Of a stretch of 64,000 bases of DNA, positions 55,718-64,000 are shown in pieces. The DNA comes from the human T2T-CHM13v2.0 reference genome, Homo sapiens. Positions within the stretch are counted from its first letter, which is position 1, and the number at the start of each line of letters is the position of its first letter. The stretch lies in assembly GCF_009914755.1 (NCBI RefSeq), contig NC_060948.1, one strand, 5' to 3'. The translations under genes were made by a program, and so were the position numbers. The notes under the pieces are model-generated. The model was not told where the DNA came from and did not search any database. It worked only from the letters and a program-made list of their open reading frames with translations.

Positions 55718-57824
55718 AGATCCATATTTTTTAAATGAAAAAAAATTTCAAAGGTACTCTGCTTGGTACAATAATCAAATGTATAAACTGAGGAATAAAA
55801 CATAACCATGAAACCTACTTATAACTGCATATGGAAAATACAGAGGATAATTTTTTAAATAACATATTTTGAAAGCCTTAACTAGTAATTTGAAGAGTTG
55901 GCATTTGAAAGGCCAGTATGAATATACCTTCAAAGCAGCAACACAGGTTCCCCATGAGAAAAAGCAAACACAGGGAAAATAAAAACACAAAGGTTCAATC
56001 TCTTCTGACCTTTGAAAGACACAGCACAGACAGTGGTCCTTAGGACGAAGAGCAGGAGACCCCTAATTCCGTCACCATGGCGATAGGGCATAAACATTGC
56101 TGGGTGAGGGCACAATCCACATTGTGAGGTCCAACTGCTGCCAGGAAGACAGGAGTGCTTTTACATAGACCGAAAGGTCATTGAAGGCTCAGAGTTTTGT
56201 TTCAAGAACTGAATCCCAAGCCCACACGTTATTAGGCTGCGCTTCTTAAAACAAGTCATGAGATGGGAAAAAGGGCACCCACAAACATACGTATACATTA
56301 TGTATATAATAATATACAGTATCATATATATAATATATATAACCTATGTATAATATTGTTTTACATCCTGCATCTTATGTTATATATATTGTATAAAATA
56401 TAATAATTGATAATATATAAGTTTTATAATTATACAATATGACATATAGTATATATTATAATTTATGACATATATAATATATGTTATATATCATATATAG
56501 AATATATTATACGGTTAATATACGTATTAAATATAAATTATACCTTATATATATTATATATAATATATCTGTTATATATAATACCCATTATGCATAATAT
56601 ATATATTATGTCTATGTTATATATAGTATAAAACAACATATAATAATATATAATTGTATATATAAAATGCGACATATAATATATATTATATTTTATAACA
56701 TATGTAATATATATTATATATTATATATAATACGTTGTATGTATAATACCTATATTAAATATATATTATATAACTATGTTATTAATTACATGTCACATGT
56801 GTTATATATTATATATTTTACATAGAATATACCGGTTACATACAATATATACTATGTTACCTATAATGTATAATTGATTACATGTAAAATAAAGAATGCA
56901 ATATATTATGTATAATTTATAATATACAATATGTGGAATGTGACATATGTAACATATAATATATGATATATGATATACAGTATATGATATATAACATACA
57001 ATATATGATTCCTAATATATATGGTATACAATATATATTTTATGATATGTATTCTATATGTTTTATATTCTGTTATATATAACTATTTGAAATTATATAT
57101 AACTGTATAATATTTTATGTAAATATGTAATATAATATATATAACTATATAATATATTATATATAACTATATATTATGTTATATATATTTTTATAACATA
57201 ATTTACATAAAATATCATAATATTATATATATTATATTATTTCATATTACATAATATATATTACATATCACCCAATATAACTAACATACATAATATTATA
57301 ATATAGATTATATTATGTTATATTAAATATCATACATATCATGTATCATATATTCTATAATATATATTACACATTATATAATATGTATGTTGTCTATTAT
57401 GTGATATATATAACTATATATATAATTATATTTTTATACATATAACTAGATAAACATGTAATTCTACATATTTTCATTTATAATATGTAGAATTATATAA
57501 TCATATATAATTATTTATATTCTATAAAAAATTTTATCATTATATAAATTATAATATATAAAAATTATAATATGTACTACAAATATATATATATTATATA
57601 TAATATATGATATAGTACCTTTGTTATATATCATAATACATATAAATGTGTATTATATTATCTATAATTATATAATTTCATATATAAGATGTATAATATG
57701 TATCATATAATATATATGTTATGTAATATATATAGTATATATAAGATGACACAGGATAAATATTATATACTATGACATATAAAATATATGAGGTTATATG
57801 TTACATATAAGGCATAGCACATAA

Positions 57825-58139
<315 letters not shown>

Positions 58140-60242
58140 AGATCCATATTTTTTAAATGAAAAAAAATTTCAAAGGTACTCTGCTTGGTACAATAATCAA
58201 ATGTATAAACTGAGGAATAAAACATAACCATGAAACCTACTTATAACTGCATATGGAAAATACAGAGGATAATTTTTTAAATAACATATTTTGAAAGCCT
58301 TAACTAGTAATTTGAAGAGTTGGCATTTGAAAGGCCAGTATGAATATACCTTCAAAGCAGCAACACAGGTTCCCCATGAGAAAAAGCAAACACAGGGAAA
58401 ATAAAAACACAAAGGTTCAATCTCTTCTGACCTTTGAAAGACACAGCACAGACAGTGGTCCTTAGGACGAAGAGCAGGAGACCCCTAATTCCGTCACCAT
58501 GGCGATAGGGCATAAACATTGCTGGGTGAGGGCACAATCCACATTGTGAGGTCCAACTGCTGCCAGGAAGACAGGAGTGCTTTTACATAGACCGAAAGGT
58601 CATTGAAGGCTCAGAGTTTTGTTTCAAGAACTGAATCCCAAGCCCACACGTTATTAGGCTGCGCTTCTTAAAACAAGTTATGAGATGGGAAAAAGGGCAC
58701 CCACAAACATACGTATACATTATGTATATAATAATATACAGTATCATATATATAATATATAACCTATGCATAATATTGTTTTACATCCTGCATCTTATGT
58801 TATATATATTGTATAAAATATAATAATTGATAATATATAAGTTTTATAATTATACAATATGACATATAGTATATATTATAATTTATGACATATATAATAT
58901 ATGTTATATATCATATATAGAATATATTATACGGTTAATATACGTATTAAATATAAATTATACCTTATATATATTATATATAATATATCTGTTATATATA
59001 ATACCCATTATGCATAATATATATATTATGTCTATGTTATATATAGTATAAAACAACATATAATAATATATAATTGTATATATAAAATGCGACATATAAT
59101 ATATATTATATTTTATAACATATGTAATATATATTATATATTATATATAATACGTTGTATGTATAATACCTATATTAAATATATATTATATAACTATGTT
59201 ATTAATTACATGTCACATGTGTTATATATTATATATTTTACATAGAATATACCGGTTACATACAATATATACTATGTTACCTATAATGTAAAATTGATTA
59301 CATGTAAAATAAAGAATGCAATATATTATGTATAATTTATAATATACAATATGTGGAATGTGACATATGTAACATATAATATATGATATATGATATACAG
59401 TATATGATATATAACATACAATATATGATTCCTAATATATATGGTATACAATATATATTTTATGATATGTATTCTATATGTTTTATATTCTGTTATATAT
59501 AACTATTTGAAATTATATATAACTGTATAATATTTTATGTAAATATGTAATATAATATATATAACTATATAATATATTATATATAACTATATATTATGTT
59601 ATATATACTTTTATAACATAATTTACATAAAATATCATAATATAATATATATTATATTATTTCATATTACATAATATATATTACATATCACCCAATATAA
59701 CTAACATACATAATATTATAATATAGATTATATTATGTTATATTAAATATCATATATATCATGTATCATATATTCTATAATAGATAGTACACATTATATA
59801 ATATGTATGTTGTCTATTATGTGATATATATAACTATATATATAATTATATTTTTATACATATAACTAGATAAACATGTAATTCTACATATTTTCATTTA
59901 TAATATGTAGAATTATATAATCATATATAATTATTTATATTCTATAAAAAATTTTATCATTATATAAATTATAATATATAAAAATTATAATATGTACTAC
60001 AAATATATATATTATATATCATATATGATATAGTACCTTTGTTATATATCATAATACATATAAATGTGTATTATGTTATCTATAATTATATAATTTCATA
60101 TATAAGGTGTATAATATGTATCATATATTATATATGTTATGTAATATATATAGTATATATAAGATGACACAGGATAAATATTATATACTATGACATATAA
60201 AATATATGAGGTTATATGTTACATATAAGGCATAGCACATAA

Positions 60243-60557
<315 letters not shown>

Positions 60558-62662
60558 AGATCCATATTTTTTAAATGAAAAAAAATTTCAAAGGTACTCT
60601 GCTTGGTACAATAATCAAATGTATAAACTGAGGAATAAAACATAACCATGAAACCTACTTATAACTGCATATGGAAAATACAGAGGATAATTTTTTAAAT
60701 AACATATTTTGAAAGCCTTAACTAGTAATTTGAAGAGTTGGCATTTGAAAGGCCAGTATGAATATACCTTCAAAGCAGCAACACAGGTTCCCCATGAGAA
60801 AAAGCAAACACAGGGAAAATAAAAACACAAAGGTTCAATCTCTTCTGACCTTTGAAAGACACAGCACAGACAGTGGTCCTTAGGACGAAGAGCAGGAGAC
60901 CCCTAATTCCGTCACCATGGCGATAGGGCATAAACATTGCTGGGTGAGGGCACAATCCACATTGTGAGGTCCAACTGCTGCCAGGAAGACAGGAGTGCTT
61001 TTACATAGACCGAAAGGTCATTGAAGGCTCAGAGTTTTGTTTCAAGAACTGAATCCCAAGCCCACACGTTATTAGGCTGCGCTTCTTAAAACAAGTTATG
61101 AGATGGGAAAAAGGGCACCCACAAACATACGTATACATTATGTATATAATAATATACAGTATCATATATATAATATATATAACCTATGTATAATATTGTT
61201 TTACATCCTGCATCTTATGTTATATATATTGTATAAAATATAATAATTGATAATATATAAGTTTTATAATTATACAATATGACATATAGTATATATTATA
61301 ATTTATGACATATATAATATATGTTATATATCATATATAGAATATATTATACGGTTAATATACGTATTAAATATAAATTATACCTTATATATATTATATA
61401 TAATATATCTGTTATATATAATACCCATTATGCATAATATATATATTATGTCTATGATATATATAGTATAAAACAACATATAATAATATATAATTGTATA
61501 TATAAAATGCGACATATAATATATATTATATTTTATAACATATGTAATATATATTATATATTATATATAATACGTTGTATGTATAATACCTATATTAAAT
61601 ATATATTATATAACTATGTTATTAATTACATGTCACATGTGTTATATATTATATATTTTACATAGAATATACCGGTTACATACAATATATACTATGTTAC
61701 CTATAATGTATAATTGATTACATGTAAAATAAAGAATGCAATATATTATGTATAATTTATAATATACAATATGTGGAATGTGACATATGTAACATATAAT
61801 ATATGATATATGATATACAGTATATGATATATAACATACAATATATGATTCCTAATATATATGGTATACAATATATATTTTATGATATGTATTCTATATG
61901 TTTTATATTCTGTTATATATAACTATTTGAAATTATATATAACTGTATAATATTTTATGTAAATATGTAATATAATATATATAACTATATAATATATTAT
62001 ATATAACTATATATTATGTTATATATACTTTTATAACATAATTTACATAAAATATCATAATATAATATATATTATATTATTTCATATTACATAATATATA
62101 TTACATATCACCCAATATAACTAACATACATAATATTATAATATAGATTATATTATGTTATATTAAATATCATACATATCATGTATCATATATTCTATAA
62201 TAGATAGTACACATTATATAATATGTATGTTGTCTATTATGTGATATATATAACTATATATATAATTATATTTTTATACATATAACTAGATAAACATGTA
62301 ATTCTACATATTTTCATTTATAATATGTAGAATTATATAATCATATATAATTATTTATATTCTATAAAAAATTTTATCATTATATAAATTATAATATATA
62401 AAAATTATAATATGTACTACAAATATATATATTATATATCATATATGATATAGTACCTTTGTTATATATCATAATACATATAAATGTGTATTATGTTATC
62501 TATAATTATATAATTTCATATATAAGGTGTATAATATGTATCATATATTATATATGTTATGTAATATATATAGTATATATAAGATGACACAGGATAAATA
62601 TTATATACTATGACATATAAAATATATGAGGTTATATGTTACATATAAGGCATAGCACATAA

Positions 62663-62977
<315 letters not shown>

Positions 62978-64000
62978 AGATCCATATTTTTTAAATGAAA
63001 AAAAATTTCAAAGGTACTCTGCTTGGTACAATAATCAAATGTATAAACTGAGGAATAAAACATAACCATGAAACCTACTTATAACTGCATATGGAAAATA
63101 CAGAGGATAATTTTTTAAATAACATATTTTGAAAGCCTTAACTAGTAATTTGAAGAGTTGGCATTTGAAAGGCCAGTATGAATATACCTTCAAAGCAGCA
63201 ACACAGGTTCCCCATGAGAAAAAGCAAACACAGGGAAAATAAAAACACAAAGGTTCAATCTCTTCTGACCTTTGAAAGACACAGCACAGACAGTGGTCCT
63301 TAGGACGAAGAGCAGGAGACCCCTAATTCCGTCACCATGGCGATAGGGCATAAACATTGCTGGGTGAGGGCACAATCCACATTGTGAGGTCCAACTGCTG
63401 CCAGGAAGACAGGAGTGCTTTTACATAGACCGAAAGGTCATTGAAGGCTCAGAGTTTTGTTTCAAGAACTGAATCCCAAGCCCACACGTTATTAGGCTGC
63501 GCTTCTTAAAACAAGTTATGAGATGGGAAAAAGGGCACCCACAAACATACGTATACATTATGTATATAATAATATACAGTATCATATATATAATATATAA
63601 CCTATGTATAATATTGTTTTACATCCTGCATCTTATGTTATATATATTGTATAAAATATAATAATTGATAATATATAAGTTTTATAATTATACAATATGA
63701 CATATAGTATATATTATAATTTATGACATATATAATATATGTTATATATCATATATAGAATATATTATACGGTTAATATACGTATTAAATATAAATTATA
63801 CCTTATATATATTATATATAATATATCTGTTATATATAATACCCATTATGCATAATATATATATTATGTCTATGTTATATATAGTATAAAACAACATATA
63901 ATAATATATAATTGTATATATAAAATGCGACATATAATATATATTATATTTTATAACATATGTAATATATATTATATATTATATATAATACGTTGTATGT

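Noticed and set aside
58583-58771. 62 aa minus-strand ORF in U25
   Set aside because: It is created by a 2 bp TA deletion and a point change at the HSATI/AT boundary. There are no coding signals.

Overview
The whole window is one uninterrupted head-to-tail tandem array of about 26.4 copies of a 2,415-2,422 bp unit. By eye the copies are about 99% identical. Each unit has three parts: a decayed ~290 bp Alu on the minus strand, a ~570 bp moderately GC segment (HSATI-like), and a ~1.55 kb degenerate (TA)-rich block. This architecture, the ~2.42 kb period, and a 2,148 bp HaeIII fragment read directly from the sequence match human satellite DYZ2/HSat1B, best known from Yq12 heterochromatin. Related HSat1B copies exist on acrocentric short arms, so the Y assignment is an inference. 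I see no credible protein-coding gene, RNA gene or new biological system. All listed ORFs are repeat-derived artefacts. The informative signal is the internal evolutionary structure: a 4,840 bp dimer, a 7,257 bp trimer, a nested 4,839 bp duplication, mosaic or gene-converted units, and local clades of variants. Units are numbered U1-U27 from the base after each Alu (U1=77, U2=2499, U3=4921, ... U27=62978). All variant calls were made by eye and need alignment to confirm.
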